A DNA stretch of 64,000 nucleotides, from assembly GCA_965112155.1 (NCBI GenBank), contig OZ218102.1; one strand, given 5' to 3'. The first letter of the stretch is position 1, and every line of letters begins with the position of its first letter. The notes beneath the pieces are model-generated. The model had not been told where the DNA came from and did no database searches. It saw nothing but the letters and a program-made list of their open reading frames with translations. Of this stretch, positions 36,441 through 48,014 are shown in pieces. This stretch comes from Podarcis liolepis. Its lineage: Eukaryota. A program made the translations under genes and the position numbers.

Positions 36441-39144
36441 CCTTGACTCTTTGAGGCTTTAGATTCTGTCTTTTTACTCCCCCTCCCCATAGGTCTTCAG
36501 AGCTAATGCTGTGGTGTTTAGTGCCATCAGCTGGGGGAAAGTATTCTGCAGTCCAAAGCATGCCTAGATGAGGAATATTCTACAGTGAAGAAGATGGCAG
36601 ATATTAGGTGGGTATGAAGGTCCATTGCCTGGGAATTCAACACAATAAGAGGTGGGCAGGCCTGGGAACCATCACTTCCCTCAATTGCTGGCCTCTGTGT
36701 GTGTTCGCTGCAGAGTTGTTTGTGGAAGAAGCAGGGAATTATGGGAGTCATATGGGAAAAAGAATGAATGTGGCACCACAGAGTCTAATTTTAATGCACT
36801 ATGTGACTATGATGTAATCCAAACCTTTCTGAATATACATTACACCCTCCAGCAAATCATGTCAAAGGGGTGTGTGTGTGACAGATGAGTTGGGAAGCTT
36901 GGGCTGACATAAGATAACAAATGGCCCTGTCATTTTGTAAACATAGTGCAGGATTTGATGTTCAGGATGATTGTAAAATGCTAAATTAGAGATGCAAGAT
37001 CATGTGACATCTCTGAAACGGTATTAGCATCTTGAATCTGATCTGAGGTGTGGACCAGGCTGCCTATTCCATAGACCTCCTCAGCTCAGTTGGCTGGCAT
37101 AGATTTCATATGGTGACTAAAAGCAGTTTAGATCCAAGTGTTTGAGCTTAACTGGATTATGGATTTTGCTATTAGCAAACACAAATTATTTGTGCGATAA
37201 TCACTGAACATTCCAGACACCGTGACAGTTTCTGCATAGGGGTCTGGAGATCTAGCAATACTATCTTAACCTTCCATGATGATTCACTGCCAGCCTTAAG
37301 CCTCTTGACAATCAGTTCCATATATATCTCTCACAGAACCAACATCTGCAATTAGTAGGAAAATTGTGGTGGAAGCCTGGAAGACTGAGAAATGACAGAG
37401 GTGATTCTGATACCAACATACCAGATCAGCTATAAAATGAGATAATTACATTATTCTTATCAGTTTTCACTCTTTCTAAGGTAAAATCATCTCAGTTGCA
37501 GCTAATGATAAACCTGTCTCCCTGCAGGCCACCTCTGACTGTCATTGACCTGGGGACACAAGAGCCCCATGGTAGCCAGAAGGTAGGGAGTCCTACACCC
37601 CTCGTGCTTTCATAACCCACTCCATCAGGGGCCTGTCCAATAAAAGCTTTGACTGATGTACACTTGTGTTTCTGTGCTAGTGAAGGCTAGTGAACAGGGG
37701 TCTCTGTTTCCCATTTGTTTCTCAGCTGTGTTCATGATGAGCCACCCCCTGGGGGGGGGGCGCAGGAGTTTTAGGGACTAATCCACTACCACACCCACAT
37801 CACGGCTCAGCGCCCGCATCTTATCCAGCCTCTGTCCGCTCCTACTGCAATCCCCCTAGTTACTGCTGGTGTGATAAATCATGCAGCTGGGCTGCATGGT
37901 GGTGAAAGATAAGGGGGTGGGGGGGGGACATTGATATCATGGTCTGCTGGATTCTTAATCTGCAGACAGTGGCAATCAACCAAATGAACATGGGAGATGT
38001 AGCGGGATGAGATTAAGTGGGCTGGTAAAAATGACAGGCAGCCTGAAGCTGGTCAAAACCAGGCAAGTAGCCAAAATGGGCTATTGGTCCCTGCAGGGTT
38101 GGTGTCAGTGCTCACCACCTTTGGGCATCTTCCAGGGCCCCAGGGCCCACTGCTGACATCTGTTCTGGGCTTCACTTAGAAGAAATAAAATGCACCCACC
38201 ACCCTCTAAGCAACCACCATTCCACTTTCCTATGGCATTACTGGTGTAGCATCACTGCAGGGTATTGTGGGAAATGGAGAAGACTGTTAGGCTGCTTGGA
38301 ACATTGCCATTCACTGCTGCAAACCAGGGCCCTGACTCTTCCCCAGCAACTGATGCTTGTTTACCCAATAATAACTCCCTGAAGGATTCACCCTAGAGAC
38401 TCACCTGTCACAAAGTGCACAAAGGTGTTTTTTTTTTAATACCCAAGGAATTGTTCCGCATACGAGATGATGTGAACATCAAAACGTCTTATATAAACTA
38501 CCCACCGCTGACTGGGTGTTGTAGCAAGAAGTTGTGCCTTTCCTTTCCATTTGCGATCATTCGGCTTGTCTGCATTTGTATAAATATATCCATATTTAAG
38601 CAAACAGACATTTTTAAATATAGATTGCTCTGCAGTAGATCCTGCAAATCACCTGCTTCTGGCCTTATCTATCGATTAACTCGTTCACTACGGAAATATG
38701 CCAGAGCTGCCCAGAAAGAACTTGGAAGTTCTGGCTCCCATCAGTAACAAGGAGAGACTCCTCACCAAAGAGAAGATTTTTTCCTGGTTGTGTGTTGCTC
38801 AAGCATCATTACTTGCCTGATTATAAAATAAGCAGTAATGTGATTGTAGCATTTAAAGCTGGGATTTAAGCACAGCACTAACATTCAAGAGCCAATTTCC
38901 TTTCTAGCTCAACCTTTTAAAAAATGGGTTTTCCAGGAAACAAGTGGAGATCATTTTCTTGAGCTTGGTCTCCCAGGCGAATGATGGTGACATTGTGATA
39001 AGTAGCCTGTCACAAGGTCAGTGTCACGTAGGAATTTTGTCTGAATGGTCCCTCGATAAATTCCACTTGCTCTGACTGCTGAAAGGCATCTCATACACCC
39101 TGCACAGTGTTATGCAGGACTGCCCTGTCACAAAACCCCTAGGT

Positions 39145-40076
39145 CAGTAATGGCAAACCTTTTAGAGACCGAGTGCCCAAACTGCAACCCAAAACCAACT
39201 TATTTATTGCAAAGTGCCAACATGGCAATTTAACCTGAACTGGTGCATAATCTGCAGTAGCTGTCACTACTCCGACTCCTATTTAGCCCTGAAGAAAGAA
39301 CTACCTGGTTACCATATTGCATTGTATCTGGGGAATATGTGTGAAGTCCAGGCAAGCCCTCTCAGTGTTTGCATTGAAAGAGAAGATGCATATAGATCTT
39401 TTTGCCGTACATTAACCCAACAATTACCCATTCTCAGCACCATTGTTTGCCTTCATGAAGGTAAGTGTAGTTAATATGTTTTGACATCACCATGAGACTG
39501 GGTTTGTCTTCTCTATGAGCTACTCATCTTCTTTGTTAGGATAAAATACTTGTTTCTGCAGCAGCCAGAGCAGCTTTTATTAAAAACAGTGTTTTCTCTG
39601 CTCCCTCGCCCAGCCCCCACCGGCCCCTATACAGAGTGTCCGGTGTGGCCCTGGGCGTGCCCTCACCCACTGCCTTGGCTGTGGTTGAGCTCAGTGAAGC
39701 AGTATGCCAGCAAGTGGGAGGCGATCATGGCATGGCGAGCCCGGTGGGGCCCGGAGCACCGATGCTGGGTGAGGGGCGATGAGGACAGGGTGGAGGCGAC
39801 CCTGCCTGGCTACCTGGCACTGGAACAAAGTGGCTTCTTGAGGTTCACCAGCGATACCATCCTCCCCTGTCGGCTCCCGCATGACGCGCCCTGCCCGGCA
39901 CCTCCCACTGGCTCCGGGCAGGAGAAGGCAGCTGCTCAGCTGCCCCATTTGAGCTGAGGACTCTACACACTGCCCTCGCCTTCTGCCAGCTCTGTGCTGG
40001 GGCGACGGCACACATGCCCACAGAGGGGCCTCTTAGTGTCCCCTCTGGCACACGTGCCATAGGTTCGCCACCACTG
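39145..40076. mobile_element. 932-bp non-autonomous hAT element
   Basis: TIR CAGTAATGGCAAACCT / AGGTTCGCCACCACTG, perfect 8-bp TSD CCCTAGGT. Confidence 0.9.
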
Positions 40077-40486
40077 CCCTAGGTAGCATTTGTTACATTG
40101 TGTTGAGCTAGGAAGTCATTTTGGGCTGAACTCAAGAATGCTTTGCCTGGTCCTCAGGCTTACAAAGATGACTCCACAGCAGGACTCTCTGAACTTTGTT
40201 GCATTGCGATACCCGGGCAAAATCTGGGCAAATAAACCCCAAAGTTATTTGCGAGAGTCAGGAAAGAGCTTTATTATTATTATTCAAGAAAAGCAAGGAA
40301 AGGGTGATTCGGTTCTCCAAACAGGTCCTAGTGGGTTCGCCTGGAGGAAGTGGAATCACTAACTCGGGGGAGAGAAGTTGTCCTTTTTGCCATACAGAAG
40401 CTGGGCGTTGTCTATCGCATGAGCCACTAATGCCGGGCATGCACTTCAGCTGGCAGCGCCCACAGCGGAACACCATTGCCAATGAA

Positions 40487-40617
40487 TCAGCTCTTCACAC
40501 AGCGCCGCCTGTCTGCCCCCAAGGAGAAGCCTTGCTGGCAGTGGCAGTGGAAAGAGCCAGGCTCATTGTGGCAGATGTGATCACAGGGGCCCGGTCTTTC
40601 TCTGCACTCATTTACAT
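40487..40617 (-). CDS. CRTAC1: CRTAC1 distal terminal cbEGF exon
   Basis: ctgtttttcag|AT; DVNECRERPGPCDHICHNEPGSFHCHCQQGFSLGADRRRCVKS* (6 Cys, CxNxxxxFxCxC); AATAAA on minus at 40270-40275. Confidence 0.85.
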
Positions 40618-41005
40618 CTGAAAAACAGAAGGAAGAGACATATTTCACCCAGTGGGAGGAGCAGATGCCAGCGGGGATTTCAACAGAGTGCCCAGCAGCA
40701 AGGAAAACCAGCTCCTTGGAGCCTACTCCTTGCAGCTGAAAAAATGAAAAAATGATGCCTGCAGCAAACGGTTACCCTACTCCCTATTATTGCAAGAGGT
40801 AGTCGCTGACCCAGCTCTTCCACAGTTTTGTGCCATGAAACACCTCAGAGAGACCTAGAAGAGGACATGCTATGGCAATGCCTGCCACCATGGAAGGTCT
40901 GGGGGTCTGGCTCATTGCTTGCAGACTTTTTGGAGCAACAGCTGCTGGCCTGCTCAGTAGACATTGGCTACTATTTTTTAAAACACCCCCCCCCCAATGT
41001 ATATA

Positions 41006-41339
41006 CAGTGGTGCCCCGCAAGACGAATGCCTCGTAAGACGGAAAACTCGCTAGATGAAAGAGTTTTCCGTTTTGGAGGTGCTTCGCAAAACGAATTTCC
41101 TATGGGCTTGCTTCGCAAGACGGCAATGTCTTGTGAGTTCCTGCTGGTTTTTTCCCCTCCCCCCCTTTTTCTAAGCCGCTAAGCCGCTTATCAGCTGATC
41201 CGATCAGCCGATAAGCCGCTAAAAGCCGCTAATAGCGCTAATCCGCTAATCCGTCAATGGGCTTGCTTCGCAAGACAAAAAAACCGCTAGACGAAGAGAA
41301 TCACAGAACGGATTCTTTTCGTCTTGCGAGGCACCACTG
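41006..41339. mobile_element. Tc1/mariner-type MITE
   Basis: TIR CAGTGGTGCC(C/T)CGCAAGACGAA, TA TSD, internal AAGCCGCT repeats. Confidence 0.9.
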
Positions 41340-41419
41340 TACTACTTGTTTGTAATAAAAGCTTGCAGTGGTTTACAAAAAGGATTAAAATATTAATAAA
41401 AGACAGTTTAAAAACTTAC

Positions 41420-41545
41420 CCAGGCACTTGTTGGCATCTTGGGGATCAGTCTTGAAGCCAGGGTGGCACTGGCAGGAATGCCCACCCTGTGTGTTGACAC
41501 AGACGTGACTGCAGTTATGCAGACCATAGGTGCACTCATTTATGT
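41420..41545 (-). CDS. CRTAC1: CRTAC1 additional cbEGF exon (phase 1-1)
   Basis: ccag|AC..G|gtaagt; DINECTYGLHNCSHVCVNTQGGHSCQCHPGFKTDPQDANKCL (126 nt, 6 Cys). Confidence 0.85.
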
Positions 41546-42949
41546 CTGGGCAGAGAGGAAGGATCATAGTGAGCGCAGCAGTGGTTAAGTGTTCCTGTTC
41601 ACACACGTGTCTCCAATCTCACGAGGAGACCTCATGGGCATCTCTCAGACAGCTATTACCACTGGGGAAAACATGGTTAGATTCCCATTCCTGCTACCCT
41701 CAGGGTCAGCCTTGTAAAAAGGTGCCCCAAATTCCCATGACCATCACTACCCCCAAATTGCTGGGGTGGGGTGGGGTGGGGGGTGAAAACCTGGCCATGG
41801 CAACTAATTATGCAGACCTCATTGGGGCAGCAAACCTTTGTGACAGATGGCTCGGGTGGCACCCTATATTTAGCCATTTAGCAGGTAAGTGAAGCCTCCA
41901 AAGAGATCCAGAGGAAAGCCATTTTGCACCCAGTGGACAGTGAAGCAGTTTTATCAAGAGCATGAACTGTGCTCTATTTCCAAGGAGATGATCTGAGACT
42001 ATCCAGGCATCAGTGCTTAGCATGGGAAAGTAGTGTTTCCCCACGTCCACTACTGTACTCTGGTGTGGGGAAGCTTGCAATGATAGGCTGCTGATTCTTT
42101 CTTTTTCCCCTCCAGAGGGCACCAGTGTCCTATCTGATTGTTGCCATCTGGATATGCAGCAAAGAAGCAAGAAAAGGCTTGGTCACTCCTTCAGGTTGTG
42201 CTCTCGAACTTATCTGGCCAAGTGACACATCTCCTTATATTAATTGATCAATGGAAGCTCTATAGAACCACAGCCCAGGTGCCCAGAGTATGTGACTTTC
42301 GCAACAGAGCAAGGGGGTGATGCGGCAGATCGGGATTCCAGCCTCTACTCCAGCTGTAGGTATCTCAGTGCCCCGCTAGGTCAGGTGCACGGAAAGCAAG
42401 AGCCTCTCAAGAGTTCAGTTCCCTAGAACTAGACAAGGCACACAATCCAGACACATAGCTCACGGAGGCACATTAAAACCCAAATACACATTTGAGCACA
42501 TGGCAAAGAATGATACGGTGTGACGTGACCAACACTTATCAGCACCCTTGTGTGGCACACCAACGTTCACTCACATTTCTGGTTCATTCAGGCACACACT
42601 TGTGAACATGGGACTCACACGGCATATATGTGGACATTGTATTGCCACTGTTTATCCCCTGAGGTCTTCTTCCAATCAAACTATCATGGGATCTACATGC
42701 ATTTCTGCTTCTCCATCAGCAGCATAGGGGTATGTCAATTCTCTCTCTCAATTTTAGACATATCTGAGGACTTACCTTTCTAAGAAATATGGCCATATAA
42801 ATCAGCAGCAAAGACCTCTGAGGGTTTAAAATGGGGTCGGAAGCACAGAATCATGGAACTGGAAGCCACCTAATGAGCTACCAAATGGCCGATGTCTCCA
42901 ACCTGGACTGGAACCCAGATGAGCTGTTCAGAATCTGGAGCCCCACATC

Positions 42950-43180
42950 AAACCAATGCCTTCAAGTTACAAGAAAGGAGAAAACTTTCTGACAGCCAGA
43001 GCTGTTCGACAGTGGAACAGTCTCCCTCAGGAGGTGGTGGACTCTCCTTCCTTGGAGGTTTTTAAAAGCAAGGGTTGGATGGTCATCTGTCATGGATGCT
43101 TTGGCTCAGATTCCTGCATTGCAGGGGGTTGGACTAGATGACCCTTGGGTCCCTTCCAACTCTATCATTCTGTGATTCTT
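42950..43180 (+). mobile_element. CR1 LINE 3' end
   Basis: NFLTARAVRQWNSLPQEVVDSPSLEVFK ORF2 end, plus GGTCCCTTCCAACTCTATCATTCTGTGATTCT tail. Confidence 0.88.
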
Positions 43181-45580
43181 CCCACTCTCTACACACACTG
43201 TAAATAAAGATTTCCCAGATTCAAATTATCCCTGAACAATTGCGTCCAGCCTTTTTAGCTTCCTGCCCAAGATGTATTTCAAATGTGATCTTTAGGGCAG
43301 GTAAACCCATACCTAGTGCAGAAGACCAGGTGGGGGATTTTTTAATCAGCCATGATGTGGAGCTCTTGCTGCCCTGCCTCCTCTCTGCCTCTTATTTACT
43401 ACGTTTCTTGTGTTAGTTTCACTGATAACAGTGATGGAGAAGGTCAGGGATAGGAAGAGGCTAGGGTGGGATAGAATCATTAGTTATGTACACACCCTCC
43501 TGCAAAATTGCCCTGTGGACTCACAACTGAATGAGTCCTCAGCACAAATGCAGCATGAAGTGCATGAAAAAAAGGGAAGCTGTTCTGACCCTCATGAAAT
43601 GCAGCAAATAAATGATGTGCTGTAGCAATGGTGCTTTCTCTTGGCGACACCAGACTTTGAGGCTTGTTGTTCTGTGGCTTAGTCTGGCCAAATCGATCAG
43701 CTCCTTCTGTACAGGTGAAACGGTTGCAGAGAAAAAGCAGTCCTGCTTTTCAAGAGGACAAAGGCTTCACAGCAGTGCAAGGCCAACTGAATTTCCCATC
43801 AGGGAGATGTGGGTCCTGGCAACAATGCCAGAGATGTGACAGGACTTCAGGCAAACAAATAAAGGCTTCAGGAAACAGAATCCTCTAGAGGAGAGCCCCA
43901 AGAGGTCATGATATCTTGGATTTGATTCTACATCATATTGGAGAGAGGATTGTTAAAGCTGAAGAACCACAAAAGCTCTGTGTTCCAGAGGACAGAAGTA
44001 GACCTAATGGACGTAAATTACTGAGTGGTAGATTTTGGTTGAGCATTAGGAGAATCTTCTCAGTGCTAAGAGAACTTTGGCAATGGAACTAATCATGTCC
44101 AGTGGGGATTGGGCCCTCCTTCCCTAGACATGTTCTAAGCAGAGGCTGAATGGCTGACTGTTGGGATTTTGGGTGTAATTTTGATGTAATTTTAGATTTC
44201 CTGCATCAAGTAAGGAGTGGGGATTCTGCTAAATTGCAGCTCCCATCAGTCCCAGAAACCATGGCCAATGGCTAGATATGATGGGAATTGTAGTTAAGCA
44301 GAGAGCAATCCACAGGCTCCCCACATTAGAAGACAGCCTACGAGACCCCTTCTAGTCCTAGGATTCTACAAGCAAAAATAGCAAAGGGATCTGTTCTCTC
44401 TGCAAGAAGCATATTTAGGCTGCAAATGAGACAAAGATGTATGGAATGAAATTCTGAAACTGTATCTCTAGAAGCAGGAAGAGTAATGTCATTAGTCAAA
44501 AGAGAGCCAGATAAACTTATGAAGGGTGTTGAATGAGAAGCATCATCTTAGGTTTCAGGAACAGTCAAATGTGGTCAGGAAATAATTAACCCTCCCCAAA
44601 AGGTGTGAGTTTCTTTTCTCTCCTTAATAACAAAAAATATCGCTCATTGGTAGTGATGAATGAACTTTGAAGTTAGGTTTGGAATTGAGCTGGGTAGGGA
44701 ATGGGGAGCAGGAATGAACTATCCCACCCCTAATTCAGAAAATAGTTAAGAGGGATGCTGAACTCAGTTCCAAGCCTGTTTCAGGCACACTTGTGCCCCG
44801 AAATGACAAGATCCATAAATTTATCCAAACCCTCACAATGGCAACCCATACCCATTCACCTGTCTATGCCCTCTCAAGCCCCTTGTTCCTCTGCATGTAT
44901 CTTTGCTGCTCCTCCAACAGCAGGAAAACAGAGAGGGGTCTCTTTCTCCCCTTCCCTCTTTACTGTCTGCATGCTGCTATGGTTCTGTGTTAGACCCAAG
45001 GTGTACTGGGAAATGTAGTTTCCCAGAACTACTGGCATAGATTACTGGAGTTACACTTTCCAGTGCTTCTCACATCTGGCACACAGCATGCCAACTGCCC
45101 TCTCCCTTTGACTGCTGAAGCACACAAACAAACAAAAGCATGGAAATGAAGAGGCAGTGATGGATGGGAGGCAGGAACACGGGACATTTTTAGTCCTTCT
45201 CTGGCCTGGATTTTAATCTGAACCAATGAAGAACTTTGGGGGTTCTAGTTCTTGCAATATATTTTAACATAAGCTCATCCAGATTTGTAGTCCAAGGATA
45301 ACGGTTTGATCCCTCACAAGGGTTTGTGAAGGTATCTTCTGCCAAGTCAGGTTGATTGGTACCTACATGGATTTCTGCCTTTCCCCTTTCCCCCTCCTGG
45401 TTTGTGGCACAAATCGCTTGCCTGAGCCTTCTAGGCTTCCTTTACTGAATGCTTTTTGTAGCAACCATGTTTTTCAGTGTGTCTAAGGCAGGAGCACAAT
45501 AACTTGAGAATGGGAAATGCACAGCCATCAACACAAAGGAGAAATCATGGCCAATCAAGACACCCTGGGTAATGCCCATT

Positions 45581-45595
45581 TTTATTCATTTTATT
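45581..45595 (-). terminator. Candidate polyA signals for the CRTAC1-B-type isoform
   Basis: Two tandem TTTATT (AATAAA on minus) about 1.2 kb past the TAA. Confidence 0.5.
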
Positions 45596-46807
45596 TACAT
45601 ATGCATTGCATATTTACAAACATGCATATCCCCTTCACAGTTATGGTGTTCATAGTATAATAGGCATTGGCCATGCTGGAAACCTGTTTTCCATGTGACG
45701 CCCTTACCTTTGCCTTGTAACAATCTTTGGTATGGAGCGCTTTGCTCACTTCTGTTGTGTGCATGTTATGCATTAGAATAATCTAACAAAAAACAGTTGT
45801 TGTTGGATTACAGCTCCCATCATCCCTGACTATTGGGCCAGTAGGACTCCAACAACATCTGGAGGACCACAGATTCTGCAATCGTGATAGAAATTGCAAG
45901 GGCTTAAAGATTTTGGTTGAGCTGTTTGCATAGGGAAGAAGTCACCACAGCTCAAACAACTGAGCTACTAAATAGCAGAATGGCATGGCCTTGGCTGGGA
46001 GGCAAATAGTCAACATGCAGTTGTCTTACAAGTTGAAGCCTCCTTGTGTGTAGCCAAAGTCCCGTGCAAATGCCTGCAGTCATTCACCCTGCGGCTGTTA
46101 TGGCTACCCACCTCCCTGAAGGTTCACACATGTCTCTCACAAAAGGAAACTGGCACACAGCTTGGCACCACCTCATTCTTGGCCTATGTTGGCACCACCT
46201 CATTCTTGGCCTATCTTCTGAATATAAGTTGTGGCCCCGCATTCCCACCCATACCCCCAAGCATAGCTGCAAGCAGGTGCTTATAGACAGTGCAGAGTTT
46301 ATTGGGTGGAGTGAGCTGAGAGACCGGGTGGGTTCAAACTTCAGACACACACTGGTAAGACAAGGTCAAGGTGAATCCCGGTCCAGTCGGGCTGGGGGAG
46401 CAGGAGGAGGAGGAGGAGGGAAGGGAAGCAATCATGTCACAGGCCAAACCAGCAGGCACAGGGTAACTGTTATCAGTTTTAACCAAGCAAGCAACTACCA
46501 GCGGGAGCAGCCATCTTGGTTAAAGGCAAGCTCCTAGGAAGATGGCAGCCACTCTGAGGAGACAAAGCATTGGTGGGGCCTCCGCCCTGTCTTGTTTTCT
46601 CAGAAAACATGCAAGGGGTGTGACACTAGTGAGAGAGTGTCGTCCGCCGGGCTGCGTAGTGCCCTTTGCAAAGATGGCTGCCCCCACCTCAGTCCATGTT
46701 CCCAGGGACCACCATGAGAAGACTGGATGAGAGAGATTGGAGGGGAGGAGTACAGGGGAAGCCACTTCCATCTATAAAGGCTGCTTTGTGTCCTTTATTG
46801 GCAAGGC

Positions 46808-46926
46808 TTAAAGTGCATAGGAGTGAAAGCAGAGTCCGAGGCAAAGTGGAAGAAGAGGGGCAGAGGGCAAGATGGGGCCCAGCCAGCTCCCTGAGGAAGG
46901 GTATCCACCAAAAAAGGCCACTTGAG
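46808..46926 (-). CDS. CRTAC1: CRTAC1 proximal terminal exon (CRTAC1-B/LOTUS-type hydrophobic C-terminus)
   Basis: Long pyrimidine tract, gcag|CT; AQVAFFGGYPSSGSWLGPILPSAPLLPLCLGLCFHSYAL*, resembling the recalled mammalian CRTAC1-B tail (AQVAFLGGY...LGLCLQLYAL). Confidence 0.9.
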
Positions 46927-47559
46927 CTGCACAGAGAGGGAAACAGAAAGAGAGACAGAGAGAAGGAAAGAGAAAGACAAAGACAAGGCAAGAGTTAGTG
47001 GCAGTTGGCAAAGAGGAAGGTCTTCAGGGGCTGAACCAAATGTTTGCTGCCTGACAAGGGCCTGGTAACCCTACCTACCATTGAACATACAGAGGAAAGC
47101 AACAGGTGTGTGTGTGGGGGGGGACTAAGCACCCATTTCCACACATCCCTGCAAATTGCACTCTTTGCCCACTGCTTTGCAGCTGTTCGGCAACTATTAC
47201 GCTTTTCCAGACCCATGCCTGATGCCAGATGTCATATTTGGCCCAAAGGTATACTTTACTGCTTCTCCTCCTTTGCTCAGGCATCCTAACACAGCATACA
47301 AAGCAGGCGCTACAGTGTCCCCCACCCCACCCCATGCCATCTTCTCATTGGTCAACGTACAGAGATCGTGATTCCAAGCTCAGGACCTCACTGGCTTCAC
47401 TGCTTTCCCTTGCTCCTTCCCTTCTTGGGATTATGAAATAAAGAAAACCCAGCCTCAGGTAAACTTTTCACCGCTCGGGTGGCTTCAAGGGAGGGCTCAG
47501 CCCCTGTGGGGAGCGCCTCTCTTTCTCCCTCCCTCTGCTCTGCCAAAGCCATCACTCAC

Positions 47560-47703
47560 CAACGCAAGCTGTGCCGTCCTCGTTGGGCTCAAAGCCGCGA
47601 TTGCAGCGCTTGTTGCTGCGGCAACGGTACCCGCCATATGTGTTGATGCAGATGGGCCTGCCCCTGGGGCAGACAAAGGGGAATTCTGCACACTCATCCA
47701 TAT
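47560..47703 (-). CDS. CRTAC1: CRTAC1 exon 14 (EGF-Ca domain)
   Basis: DMDECAEFPFVCPRGRPICINTYGGYRCRSNKRCNRGFEPNEDGTACV G|gtgagt (144 nt). Confidence 0.96.
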
Positions 47704-47971
47704 CTGAGAAAGGGGGCAGAGGGCGGGGGGAGGGAGGGAGGGGGGTAAAGAGAGAGAAAGAGAGTGTGACGGAGGCCCAGGACAGGACAGAATCTAACAA
47801 CAGCCTCTTAACACCACGGTTGGGCTGTTCCTTTATCCCCAGAGACTACCGCTGTGCGGCTGTGGACGGCTGCCACAAAGAGCCCGCCTCGTGCCCCATT
47901 AAGCCCAGTTGTGGGTAGAGGAAATTGCACCCGAGCACCATTCACTGAGCTGGCCCTTGCAGGTGACTCAC

Positions 47972-48014
47972 CAACACATCGCCCGTTCTCGTGCTGAGAG
48001 AAGCCTTGGCCACA
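47972..48014 (-). CDS. CRTAC1: CRTAC1 exon 13
   Basis: cag|CGQGFSQHENGRCV G|gtgagt (43 nt; absent from the ORF track). Confidence 0.93.

Noticed and set aside
41180-41255. Short AAGCCGCT/AATCCGCT repeats as a CRISPR-like or regulatory array
   Set aside because: Internal tandem repeats of a mariner MITE, without unique spacers; eukaryotic DNA
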